From contig NC_134027.1 in assembly GCF_964204645.1 (NCBI RefSeq), forward strand, positions 23,336,560 through 23,400,559: 64,000 bases of DNA, written 5' to 3'. A model generated the notes under the pieces. That model ran no database searches. It was not told where the DNA came from and saw nothing but the letters and a program-made list of their open reading frames with translations. Position numbers and translations under genes: made by a program. Shown here one piece after another: positions 34,401-57,021 of this stretch; the stretch's first letter is position 1; every line of letters begins with the position of its first letter. This stretch comes from Tubulanus polymorphus (Eukaryota > Animalia > Nemertea).

Positions 34401-35621
34401 AATCACGAATAAGCCAAATTTAAATGAAACAAAGCACTTACTAGAGCCCTCGGCCTGGTGATTTTCGGCTTCGATTACTTCTTCAACTTCTTCTTTTTGA
34501 TCTGAAAATACGAAAAGCCACATTTCAACAACATTGGTAAATAACACGAGGAATGTAATATATACAAGTTTTCGGAGAAATAAACATTTTTACCATCACT
34601 TCCATTCATAAGTTCATCCCAGTTCACTTCTCGTTTTTCTGAAATTTAGATATGTACCAGGGCCCGGTTTTATAGACTGGCATTAACTTTAACCCGGGGG
34701 CTAACTTGATTCAGTTTCAATTGAGTTAGCCCACGGGATAAAGATAATACCGGTCTATAAAAACGGGCCCAGATGTTTTAGCAGGGCATAATAATCAGTT
34801 ATGATTGAGACCTTAGCCGCGATCACACGGAGACGATTTGGCCTGGGCCAAATTGGCACGGATCAGGGTCGGGCCAAATTTGGGCCGTGCCTAATAGGAG
34901 AGCGCGTTCACACGCAAACCATTCACTCGATACTTAACAATGCTCAAACAAAGCGAAGTGGATCATTTCCGGTGCCAGTTGCAATTCAGACGAAAACATT
35001 TGGCTAGTGCTAAAATTTGGCTCGAGCCTGGTCTTGCGTTTTTGGTCGGGCCAAATTTGGCCCGGGCCAAACAGGCTCAGGCCCATTTGGCACCCGTGTG
35101 AACAGTTGTGTCGGGCTAAATCTGGCACGGGCCAAAAATGCTCGTGTGATCGCGGCTCTTGAGTCGCCAGTCGCCCGAAACTAAAGACTGGTCTTACGTA
35201 GATTGTCTTATTACCCTGGCCTTGAATCATCGACAGACTGATATCCGAGATCTCTTCGCTTAAGATTATTAGACTCAAGAGTTGGAAATGGATGCAGTAG
35301 TGCTCTACGCGGTAGAACCGCTAGCAAACTCAATGAAGTGATTTTTTCACACAGATATGCTTTTACGAATAAGCCAAATTTGAATGAAACAAAGCACTTA
35401 CTAGAGCCCTCGGCCTGGTGATTTTCGGCTACGATCGTTGCTCCTTCAACTTCTTTTCGATCTGAAAATGTACATATCAACATTATTTTCGGCACCATTG
35501 ATAAAACACACGTGGAAAAGTAAATAAAGGAGGAAAGTAAAAGTAAAAGATTGTGGCGAAATTAACGTATTCATACCATCACTTCCATTCATCAGCTCAT
35601 CCCAGTTCAGCTCTCGCTTTT
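31448..35621 (-). CDS. Repetitive acidic peptide precursor-like gene (partial) made of tandem two-exon cassettes
   Basis: Six pairs of exon A (45 nt, e.g. 35577-35621: KKREVNWDELMNGSD) and exon B (60-63 nt, e.g. 35402-35461: DQKEEVEEVIEAENHQAEGS), plus a final A-type exon at 31456-31506. All have AG/GT borders, phase 1 and no stops. The 5' exon was not identified. Confidence 0.75.
32857..35157. mobile_element. Two intronic MITE families co-duplicated with the exon cassette
   Basis: ~113 bp palindrome CAGGGCCCGG...CCGGGCCCAG at about 32857, 33795 and 34658; ~310-345 bp element with AGCCGCGATCACACG TIRs at about 33013, 33948 (left end deleted) and 34814. Confidence 0.75.
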
Positions 35622-36775
35622 CTGAAATGTAAATACGTAAGAATTTCAAGTCTTGCTCCGTGATCGAGGCTTTTCATCCGACATTATATTGTTACTCGAA
35701 ACATATTGATGAAATCCCTATCTTACTGAAATCGACTGATTATATTTACCGTCGGATCGTTTCAAAGGGATCGCCACTATACTACCGACGAAACAAGCCA
35801 ACAGGATTATCTACAAAATTACAACTTGTCAATTCATATAATACCTAGTTTTATATTCATCCAATATAGACCCGCGTACAGAACCGAGAAACTAATTCCG
35901 AGGATCATAGCCATTAAACTGTGCTCAAAATGTCGAAATGCGTGCATTGATATATCATGATTTTGGGGACAGCTTGAATTAATGGACATTTTCACCATTC
36001 TGGCCCCATTTCGTTTGTATTGTGAGTTAAATGAAATGATCAATGCTAAAGAATCGGTTCATCGCAAACAACTATTTTAAGAATGGTGAGTGAAATCGCA
36101 TAGTACAGAGAGCCCATTTCACGGAGCTGTTTTACATCTCAAAAACTTAACAACATTTAAAATGTATCAAATGATTGGGAAAATTAGAATATAGTTGTAT
36201 ATTTCCCTTAAAAGTGCCCTGGTTCTTAATTTCGGTAACTTACCAGTATCTTATTATCCATATTTCTGTTCTTGGATTTTGCGGTTTCTAACGCGATGTT
36301 CACCAGTCAGAGCGTCACGACGAGAGACGGTTCAGAATGATGCCTCCGTCTGCATAATAGTAAAATTTTTATCGGATTAATTGCGTTAAACATGTATACA
36401 GCAATTTTCCAGCCACAATTACCGTCGTGCTCTATTGCCCGGGGTTAGGTTGAAGTGATATACATATATCATAGTTAGGTGAAGTGTATGTGAGTTTTCG
36501 GAAGACTATTTCTATTTCATACTTAACAAAAATTTTCATGACAGTGAACATCAAAATAAATGGGGGAACCTCCAACGCAACTGTGGCAATCGAGGATGCC
36601 AGTTGTCGCTAGTAGTTACTAAGTTTTTACACGTTTAATTCTTTCTCCTTTCAGTTAAAATCGAATATCATTTCTCTTAGAAATAAATCAATTATGAGAA
36701 CTTTACCAACCAATCACTGATAACGAAAATATATTGCATATTCCGTAGGTCTTGTGCCAATGTACGTATAGATTC

Positions 36776-37026
36776 AGGGCCCAGTCCCATAGTCATGGCT
36801 TAGACATAGCCAATCTAACAACTTAAGACAAGTCTTAAAATTAAAGGCCATTTTTGGACTTAAGTCTCAGAGGAACCGGCCCCTGGGGCCAGTTGCACAG
36901 TCGTGACTTAAGTCCAAAAAGGGTCTTAAATCTTAAGACTGGTCTTAAGTTGTTAGATTGGCTATAGAACTAAGTTGGTCTTAGACTGGTCTTAAGTCTA
37001 AGCCATGACTATGCAACTGGCCCCAG
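36776..37026. mobile_element. Two adjacent MITEs of a GGGCCAGTTGCA...TGCAACTGGCCC family with CWG flanks
   Basis: Inverted pair with CTTAAGAC subrepeats; degenerate relatives at about 41397-41577, 48035-48112 and 61056-61131. Confidence 0.6.
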
Positions 37027-40000
37027 GAGCCTAAAAACTTCAATTCAACATTGATTGAAAATGAACTAATTTCGACAACGTAAGACAACCGCTCGAAACG
37101 CCATCTGGTGGGATAATTGGAGTTGCAGCACCCCCTAAGAGTAGTCCACATAGTTCCACATTTTCTTTGATATAATTTGATGCTTGAGTAAAACAATTGA
37201 ATATAATTGAATATGGATTGAATGTAAGGATTTTAAATGTACTCATAGATGGCGGGGAAATAGATGCTGAAATAAGAAAGTTACAGATTATACTAAAGAT
37301 GAATACAAATAGAGGATTAAACCATACATACATAAATGCATAAATGTTTTTTGATGTAAGTCATTAACCTCGATGTCCCACTTAGTCTAACCGTAAATAA
37401 ACATGAAAATAAACAAACATGACATAACCGTTGTTTCAAAATTGCCTACGTGTCAACATATGTAAAAAGAAAAGATAAAAATCGTATATCAATTCGGATA
37501 TATAAGATATGCAATTTGTGTAATTTCCGCGTTGGCAGCGGACGAATTAAGGTCGAAATTCCGCCTACATTGTGAGCACTCGCCGTGGAATTGCTCCGTA
37601 AATAAGGCGAATTATGAAAATTGTTAGTAATCATGTCTCTAAATAGTTATTATTGGTTGAACGCTAACGTCACAATTATAAATGCGATAGGCAAATTTGT
37701 TTTGTTGTTTCGTAAAAAAAGGTTTACGTTGATTGAAAAGCTAATGAGACTCGTTGTGATATAGATTTTGTGTAACATGAAGAATATTGTGATTTCGGTG
37801 AATATTTTAGCGCTACGATATTCTGAGTGAAGAAGTCCGCGGGCACTCCTTTCACGGGACGAATCTGGCAGAATAAAATAATGAAATGATTAAAGGACTG
37901 ATATCCATCTATTGAAAATGTTCAATCATATGCTACTTCAATCGGTTGGAAAATTCGTCGGATTTTTTTTAAGATCTGGTGAAAGGAGTAGAAAAAGTCG
38001 GACTCAATACATTAAGACTGATTTAAAATTTACTTAAGTCAGTCGAATAGTGATCTAGTAAGACAAGAATGCAGGTATTAGAATCGACCGTGGAAATAAA
38101 AGAACTGCATAAGGGTAGCCGCACGAATAAGGGTCCGAGTATCTCACCCTAATTCGTCCGGCTACCGACCGACAGATACCCTACTTATGCGAAAAAAAAT
38201 CTTTAAGTTTCAACAGCGATAGAAGATTTCAGCCAAAAAAGTGTACGAGATAATAGAGGACACTGAATACCATGAGTTAGTGTAATGGCAGTCATATATC
38301 TAAACATGAAATATCAGGGTCGTCATTATTAAACTATTCCACTGTTGTTTGTAAAGTATTTAATCGTCTCGCCCTGTGTGATGTTGGTATATTGCAATTT
38401 TCGTATCATTGGCCTGGATTTATCTACGCAATCGAAAGAGATATTTCGTGATACGGGCAGTAAATCTGGTTCACGGCGATCGCTAGGTGTCACTAGTCTC
38501 TGAAAAATTCAGCGTGCGCCGTGTCCGCCGTATGCCGTCCCAGCGTATGAAAACTTCGTATCCCAGATCGTTCTTTAGGGTTCATACTCACCGCGAATTG
38601 GCTGAATTCGCTGTATTTCAAAATATGGAGATTTCATTTAAGTTTGAGAACAAATCCATACTTTGTCGGGTCCTCCATTTCGTGGCATTCCATCCTCGCT
38701 TGCCAGGGGTCCGGTATCACTCCCGAACTCGCTTCCACCAGCCCCCTGACCTCACGAAGCGTGATTTCATTACTGGCGCTGTTGCGCATGATGTCATACA
38801 TCGATTTGCGAAATACTTCCTTGTTCGGTAAAACGTTCGCTGATTGGTCCATTTACCGGGGAAAACCAACAGAAGCCCAATGTCGTTTGTTACAAGCGCT
38901 GTGATTGGTACGATTGGATTCTGGTCGGCTAGTAACGACTCCAACGACTAGTGAGGTCAAGGGGTTCGGGGAACAGCTTTTAAGCGTAAGTGGGTTCGCA
39001 TCCCTTGACGGTTGAAGATGGTGGCATTCTGGCATGACCACATTTCTCTGTGAAAAGGGTTATCAATGGGCGTTTTAGAAGATTCAGTTAGTCTATCTGA
39101 CAATTTAGACGGGGGAAACGACCACAAACGACAAGAAAACTAACCTGAAAGTTCATTGGCGCCTTGAAAAATGCTAAGGACTAATAAAGTTATTTTGAAT
39201 TTGAACATATCGACAATTGAACTGAATCGACCGGCAACCCGTCTAACCTGTCGAGCCCATAATGTTGATGACGTAAAGAGCACGCCCACTCAAAATTCAT
39301 TATCAAGAAGACATTGTAAGTGTGATGAAATACATTCAATTACAAAATGAAGGCCAAGATTCATAATTCAGTTACTGAATTATGAATCTTGGCCTTCATT
39401 TTGCTATTTTGAAACGCCAATATTCATGATATATAACACACGATTCACATTACTTTCTGATCCTCAACTTTTTATAGTAATTCGTTAATCTCGATGTGTT
39501 GAAATAGGCAGCCAGAATACCTTAATCGCACTCAGTGATTTGTCGGTTCAGACTGGATGGATGATAATCGAATTCCGGTCGTGGCTTTCGATTACAAGAA
39601 AATCATGTACATTCTGACCATGCAACTATATCTGAATACACTTCGATTTCCGATGTATAAATGAAACCCCCTGTTTCGATACCGGTATGGGTGGTGGGCC
39701 TGTAAGCGGCAGCGTCCAATTCAAATCATGGAAATCAATCTGAGTCAAATGAATGAGAGGCAAAACTCCTTCAAGATAAAAGAAATTTCACCAATCCTCC
39801 AGCTGCCCGCCCACACACTCCGAAGTATTCGCAATCAGCAGTCATTTTACCAGCAAGCTTTGGGACTGGTTACACCTGCATGTCATATGGTCGACGACGA
39901 ACTGTACTGATTCATTTTTTGCAATATCGATATTCTCAATATATACTCAGCTGCCACACACATAAAAGCAAATACACGTCCATCTATGAGGATCTTATTA

Positions 40001-40899
40001 ATCATGAACAATGTTATCAATAGTGAATAGTCAACAGTTTTAAAAACATAGTGCATAAAGTCCTATTTGACTGATTTTGTTCAGAATCTTAATATTTCGC
40101 TGGATTAATTCACATCAAGTTTACCTACGTTGAAATCTCGGTTACTAGCCAGACCCTCTTATTGTTGAACTTTGATTTGATAGACGGCGAGTTGCCTCAC
40201 CTTGTCAATCGTGTTAGCCTTGAGTTTGCTGTCAGCTTCAGAACAGTTATCTACCCATAGTCTATCAGTTATCTTCAGTCTATTGGTCCTTTTTTCTTAT
40301 AAGCGGCTCCCAAAATTGAATATCTAATAGATTTATGAGTTTCAATCCTCGATTGTAATATTCATATTCATACGGTTGATCTGAATATTCTGAATAAATA
40401 CATAGTTACATATTAGTCAGTTGGATAATAGATATCGGCATACGAGTTTGAATTCACTGAAACCGAAGATCTATATCATATTCCGGAAACATGCTTCTTG
40501 CGTTTGTATCTTTTAAAAGTTTTATACGGCAATAGCTATCGGCGTTAATTACTGGCGGAACGGGCTATATTCGTTATAATCCAAACGATATAAATGCGCC
40601 CCCCGATGATACCCGAAAATTGTATTTCATTCATCTCTTCGCGACGTCGATTGACACCAATCGAAGTAACAAGCTTTTATACATTAAAACACGTATTTTC
40701 ACGAAATCTGCAGCAATAGCGACTTAGAACACTAATGACAGACGACACGCTCAGATTATTAGAGATTATTCATTTATTCCACAACCTGACAGAAAGCAAT
40801 TATCGATTTTTCTTACAAACAAATATTTGCTGGGATATACAACGTACCTTACCATCTTAGAGTATTAAATGTTATACTACCAGGGATGCGGAAGAGACA

Positions 40900-41182
40900 G
40901 AAGCCCCTTGGTGACATAAGAGGTAATTTTTTCATCATTTCGACTTAAATGTCGAATTTCGACTTATCTCGAATATCAACACATAAGTAACTCGAAATTA
41001 GACATAATAACTCGAATTTCTACGTAAGAATAACTCGAAATTCGAGATAGTAAGTCGAAATTCGAGATATCATGTCGGAATCCGACTTATTATATCGAAA
41101 TTCGATATATTAACTCGAATTTCGACATAATAAGTCGATATTATGAAAAAATTATCTCGTATGTCACCAAGGGGCTTCCGTA
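40900..41182. mobile_element. MITE with GAAGCCCCTTGGTGACATA TIRs and internal (TCGAAATTCGA) repeats
   Basis: TIR pair is visible; the right end CTTCCGTA resembles that of the 22.8-24.7 kb MITE family. Confidence 0.65.
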
Positions 41183-41609
41183 TGATAGTACTATGCATGA
41201 TTTATCCTAATTTGGCTTTCGTGGAATACGCCACACCAAGAAGCGAATTTTCATAGTTCTAATAAGATTTATATCAATACGATGGCTAAGTAATGATACC
41301 GATGATTTACTTCGCAAGTAGGAAGACATTGAAAAACGAAACATTTAGAATTCAGGTATGCTTGGCTATCGGTTGGCATAAGCGAGACAACTTTACCAGC
41401 AGTTGCACAGTCATGACCTTTCTAAAAGGGCCTTGGATCTTAATACTGATTCTTTTTTCATCTTGAAATAGGGATTTTCCCTCATGAAACTGATTTTAAT
41501 TTGTTAAATTTGGGTGTGTATACAGACTTAACTGAAGACTGGTCTAAAAATCGGAACCTTGACCGTGCAACTGGTCCTACTTTTCAACTTGGCTCACACG
41601 ATTCGATTC

Positions 41610-42005
41610 CTAAATGTGTTGGCTAAAACTGTGGCCCCCAAATGTTTGCTTGTAAAGATTATTAAGATAATCATCGCTCCTCTTAGCTCCGATCTTAGCG
41701 AAGTATGTGAATACCAAAATTACGTATATAATCCAGGCAATATTAAGAAGGAGACCGGTCACCAAAGCAGCGATATTCCAACATTTGGCGTTGCGAGAGG
41801 CGCTCTCAGCCTTAGGTAGGTCACCCGTCCTGCTCGCATCCCTGACATTGCACGAATAGATGATTGCCGGAATCGAAAACGGCCAACAGCAGAAGATCAT
41901 CAAAATCGACCAGACGAGGTGGTCTGGAGGCGGCTTCGCCAGAGGCGTCGGGGCGACGACGATCGTGGCGCCGTAAGCTGTTGCGTAACTTCCTGGTGGC
42001 TGCAT
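41610..42005 (-). CDS. CD225/dispanin family protein (IFITM/PRRT1-like)
   Basis: PPDHLVWSILMIFCCWPFSIPAIIYSCNVRDASRTGDLPKAESASRNAKCWNIAALVTG has the CC palmitoylation pair, GD..A..AS..AK and a C-terminal TM helix. Confidence 0.9.
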   Translation of the reverse strand: MQPPGSYATAYGATIVVAPTPLAKPPPDHLVWSILMIFCCWPFSIPAIIYSCNVRDASRTGDLPKAESASRNAKCWNIAALVTGLLLNIAWIIYVILVFTYFAKIGAKRSDDYLNNLYKQTFGGHSFSQHI

Positions 42006-45000
42006 GTTGACCGCCTCTGTTTGAACAGGGTATGGCGGAGGATTCGATTTTTCTGCAAATTGAAAAGACGGATTTTACGCAAAGATAATAGACCTTGCAG
42101 GGTCTAGTAGGATCAATTGAGCACAGCTTACGTTTGAGCACAAAAATCGTTTTGTGCTGGCATTTGCAATAACGTAAAATATGAAATCGCGCTGATAGAA
42201 AAATAAGCAGGTTATACTATGATGATATACGTACTACACGGTAATAGGTTCTCCCTATGACTAGTAGACCTACAGGGCAGAATAATTAAGCTATGTTCAT
42301 GGATATGTTCATTCCGTACGTAATTCATATAAGAATCCAAAAACTAAGCATCATCAGGTTTTCCCAAAAGAAAAAAACAGCGCATATTTGGTTGAACTCC
42401 CGTACGAACTGATTTTTGTGACGCAGCCAGAAATTGCGGAATTCATGAGTAATATCAAAACAGTATTAATGATTGAGGGTGTGGCCAGAAACACTTAATA
42501 TAGTGTATGAATCATTTTAGAGGTACCACGATAGAATGTTGATGCCAAGTCCGGCTTTAAGATCCGATAAGACTGTGTGACTAAGTAGCAGCAACGTTTG
42601 TGAAGACCTACGAATAGCCATAATTTGCATAATTCATAGAAAAGTTTTTGACATTGAATCTTGGCAAAAACCCTGTAGGATAGTGGCGGTAAAAGATAAA
42701 TGTCGACAGAAGGCCAACGTAGGATAACCAATCAACCCCTTCGATGACAGTGGCAAATCACTGTCTAATTGAATTAGGTCTGCGTAGTCACACATGGTGT
42801 TTAAGATATAAACACCATATGACAGAGCTTAAAATAGATGATTTTTGTATTTGAAAAAAATGAATTGTTTATATTTATTTTCTATTTTTATTAGACAACT
42901 CAGCAATTGAAAATAGAATATGAATATAAATCATTGTTAGTTCCCACTTAGATGCAAAAGCCTACCTTGGTCCATATTGACGTGAAATCGCGGTAAAGCC
43001 GTGGACTGGATTTACTGAACTCTCACGAGGACTGACTCGTCGGTATTCTGAGCATACTACTGCACGATAGATGTTTCAATAATATTGTTTTATAAATCGA
43101 TAAAGTGAAGTGAATCGATATCTTGAATTAGAACAGCTGTCGTTCATTATGAAGAGAGGGATGTATACAATTACTTGAAATAAATCTGAGTTGACGTATG
43201 TAAATTGAATAGACCCAGAATTTAACTTCATAGTTTCCGATTCGGCTAAGAAGCAATCACTCACCTGATGAAATGAAGATCAAACATATACGCTACTCAA
43301 CAAACGCATCGGGTCATAGGTCGAATAAAGTTAGGGAAAGGATTTGGATGAATGTATCAGGTAGCCAGTAGCACTAGCTACACACCGAAAGGTGGTGTGA
43401 CCAGGGAGATGGGACTAGCATTCAGTTTTATCAAGTCAAAATTAGCTCACTTCCATGCAGTTTAGAGGTGAAAATCATCTTAGCGGACTTCTTCATCAAC
43501 ATCGACCCAAGAAAAATATCACAATACACTAATATTCTGTACGGTTTTCACGGGGGACGGAAACGGCCAACGAATAGAAAATCGCTAAAATGATCTTCAA
43601 CCTTGTAATATATTTCAAAAATATCGTTGTACTTATCTAATTAGGCATACAGCCAACAGAATTAATCCCAATCAGTCACTTGCCGGTTCAAACTGGTTGG
43701 AAGATTGTTTGAATGAACCGGAACCGACATTTCCAATTAATGTACTTCGATTTAAACAGAAGATTCTGTTGACTCGACCGCTGATCACACAACTGTATCT
43801 GTAATTTTTTCAATAGAACTTAATTTTGATATTTAGCATGATTCCCGAGTCCTGTAATGTGTGCAGCATCACTCCATAAAAGTGTGGTGAAAAATTTTCT
43901 AATGACTCATGTCTGATGTTCGTAGTTGATCTTGAATTTTTTTAAAAGTCGCAATGTCCACATCTATATCAACAGCTCCCACGATCTACTTTCTATGAAT
44001 ATGCGTAAAAAAGGAAGATTGACAGTCAATATGTGACGGTATGCCGATAAAATGTCAATACGATGCAGGTATTTTAGATCAGTTGTTACAAGGGCGCTAG
44101 TCGACCTAATTAGCTCACATAGCCAAATTCAAACTCCGCATATAACAACAAAATTGAAGATCTGCTAACTGTTGACATAACATCCCTTTCAAGTACCGTG
44201 GTGTTAACTCAAATTCTATCGAATTGTAAAATATCTAGATATGTTTGCATCTATATTCTTGAAAGGGTGTCCTTACGACGTAACGGTAACATACCATGAA
44301 TATGTTATATTTGTATGAAAGTTTGTGTCTTGTTGGCCTATCATAGGCTGGCTGGCCCAAGTCGGATATAGCATAGTATAGTGCCTTGGCGTAGAGTTAA
44401 TAAGTTGTGCGGTTAATGTATCAGCGCATTAATACATTGGCGCATGAATACATTGATAATGGGGTATTAATGCGCAGCAAAGGAACAGTTCATGTACAGG
44501 TTGACCGATGACTAGTGACAGTTGACTACTGTTGGTTGTTTGTTGGTTGGCCCATTGAAGAGATGATAGAGTGCATATCTCACCTGCTGGTTGACGGTCG
44601 ACGGATGACACGATGTAATGTTGTCGCCAATTTATGTACAAGGATCGTGGTGACAAAAATGAGAGACGATAGAGCGCATAGACCTATATCATCCGCTGGT
44701 TGACGGTCGACGGACGACACGTCGCAATGTTGTCGCCTCTGTATGTACAAGCATCGTGGGTTGACTGGTTGACGGGTGACCTCAAAACACAAACAAACAA
44801 GAGAAGTAAATCTAAACCGAATCAGTAAACTATAAGCATCAGCTGCGAAAGTGTCATTTTTGATTTTGAAAAAAAGAGCCGGCACGCATCGACGTCGTTC
44901 TGTAGCAATGTGAACAATGCCATATTTCACCGTCCCCACGTTTGTTTTTTTGGGAGGCGCATCTCACGATGACAGTGATGAAAATAAATAATGAATCTCC

Positions 45001-46882
45001 GGTGAATTTGAATGCTTAACCGTGTTGAAACTAATATCAGAGAACTGGAATTGACTAAAGAAAAATAGAAATGCAATTTGTATTTTAAGTATGGGGTTTA
45101 TCATGTGTTTGGTCACGTGATGTGTTTGGTGTATGAGGTTAAGAGATCGTTAATAGTTAATTTGTCGGTTGGTAGATACGTCGACAGGTTGACACATGGA
45201 ATGTCAATGGCTGGCGATGTAAATGTGTCAACATGACAACTTTCTTTGGGTTACACATAAACCGAACAACGCAGTAAGCATACGCGAAGGAACTATACTA
45301 TGCAATACCCTACTTGAGCCGGCTGGCTTTACTTTAATACTTTTGACACTTTAATAAACTATATCAAAATTTCATTAAGACATATACTTGTTGACGTGTG
45401 GGAAAAAATTGAAAATTTTCACAGAAATCCTTTTAAAACCATTCCAATTATTTTGGACTTTATTTTGCAATGCAAACGAAAACATGCCAGCGGCAGCAAA
45501 TCATAAGCTCATTAATGGGTATATACCGGGGAATTTCGACCATTACCGTGTAGACGAGCCGGTAACAAAAACCTTTGGAAAAAACATATCATTCGCTTGT
45601 ATGAATTTACGCCACTTTTGATAGGACTGCCTAATCAAATATTTCAATCATGGAGATAACGATGTTTACTGAGCCCGAGGCGCACAGTCAATAGTAGCTA
45701 TATAGAAACTACAAATATAATGCATTTTCCTTAAAAGTGTTTTATCTGTAGAGGTTTAATACAACTTGTGATCAGTTCAATTACTATAATGCGATGACCT
45801 ATGTATGAAAATATTTTTTTCTGTTTGTTAACGCGTGATACCGGGGGATAATACCTTCGCCCAAACGTTCTTCACACACATGATACCATTTAATGAATCC
45901 GAAATATATCCAGGCCCAAAATCTAGAGTTCATGCTGAAGGATGAAGATAAGGAATATCTTAGCAATATAATTTTTAGACAGAGATTTTTGTCCACTGAT
46001 GTTTAGAATAGCAGGCCGGACTCTTTGTTAGGATCGACCACAGTTCTATAGTGAATTGATTTACTTTGTTTTGCTAAATTAACTACTTGTAATCAATTCA
46101 CTATAGAACTGTGGTCGATCCTGACAAAGAGTCCCAGGGATTGATTTGTCAGTTAACCCCGGTACACTGGACAATGTGACGTCACAACTGGACGTTATGG
46201 TTTACGTATCATTAATGCAACGATGGCTGATGCTGGAGAATGGTCATGTGACTACATGTTTTCTTTCCCAGATAGTCAAACAGTAATTACTGTAAGAGGT
46301 GAGAATGGTAAACACTTGAATAATATCTTAATTAGAAAGCGTAATTTAAGGGAACATAAGTTACAATATTTTGGGCACTTTCAGTGTGGATTTTATCTAA
46401 ATCCCTTCAGGAACCTTGATGTATTAAAAAGTCCAACTTAATAGCTGGCTAAATTCATACTTCAAGTTTGGAGAAATAGAAAAACAATTTATCAGTCACC
46501 AGTATACGGAAACGTCCCGGCGTTTTTCAATTGAGAGTAATTTTTCGAGGTTTGTTCCGAATAAGTAACTAGGAATAAACTTCAATTAGTGAGGAAACTC
46601 TCTATAGGAAGCTCTCCTATACCGAGAAAGAGACTCAATAAGTCAGCATTGTATGAGATTTGAATGGCTCAGTGAATGTCGAAAATGATCAGTTAAAAGA
46701 ATTTTTTAAAGAAGTTTAATAAATGGGCCGACTCAACTGTCTGGCATTAAAGTGTAATAACTAGAAGTATAAATAATTTCAGCTTTATCGAAGTTAAATC
46801 GTAGACCTGTATTCCGAACCTGATTGGCTAAGCCACAAAATATAACCGATCTCGTCAAAGCTGTACAAACACTGTGGCGATC

Positions 46883-56461
<9,579 letters not shown>

Positions 56462-56679
56462 AGATGTTTATACTCCCAGTTACATGAATATCGGTTATCT
56501 ATCCATATACACCGCTCAAATCTACTAATTTTTGGTAATCACTACCGGCACTTGAATATCGGCTTTGATAATGGATAAATATTTAATAATTCACCAACGA
56601 TATGTAATTCCTGACTTCGATAATTCGCCATGTTTTATAATGAATTTACCCATGATGCAACGCGCACTCATCGTTTAAC

Positions 56680-57021
56680 TATACTTTACAGAAAGGCTGG
56701 AAACGCTCCTATCTCCGTAATGCTTAAATCTACCCGCAATTATCGGGACAGCCGAACACTGCCGGCGATTGCCGACGTACGTTCCAAAGTGTCAATTTTA
56801 ATTCTGAAATATAAGGAGCGCCATAATTTCAATTGTAGATGATGTTTTGGAAACATTGACACTGTTTTAGCTCTGTTAAAGATTTTAACCGGCAAGAAAA
56901 TTGATTTTTGAAAATTCGCGATGCCTCTTCGGGATTGCTGTGACGTCATCTGTCCCGATATTTGCGGGTAGATTTAAGCATTACGGAGATAGGAGCGTTT
57001 CCAGCCTTTCTGTATAGTATA
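56680..57021. mobile_element. MITE with ~70 bp TIRs and TA flanks
   Basis: TATACTTTACAGAAAGGCTGGAAACGCTCCTATCTCCG... is mirrored by ...CGGAGATAGGAGCGTTTCCAGCCTTTCTGTATAGTATA. Confidence 0.8.

Noticed and set aside
37040-37333. Signal-peptide exon for the repeat peptide gene (MYVWFNPLFVFIFSIICNFLISASIS)
   Set aside because: The strand is right and the stretch is hydrophobic, but there is no convincing splice donor, and AT-rich DNA gives such stretches by chance. Left unassigned.
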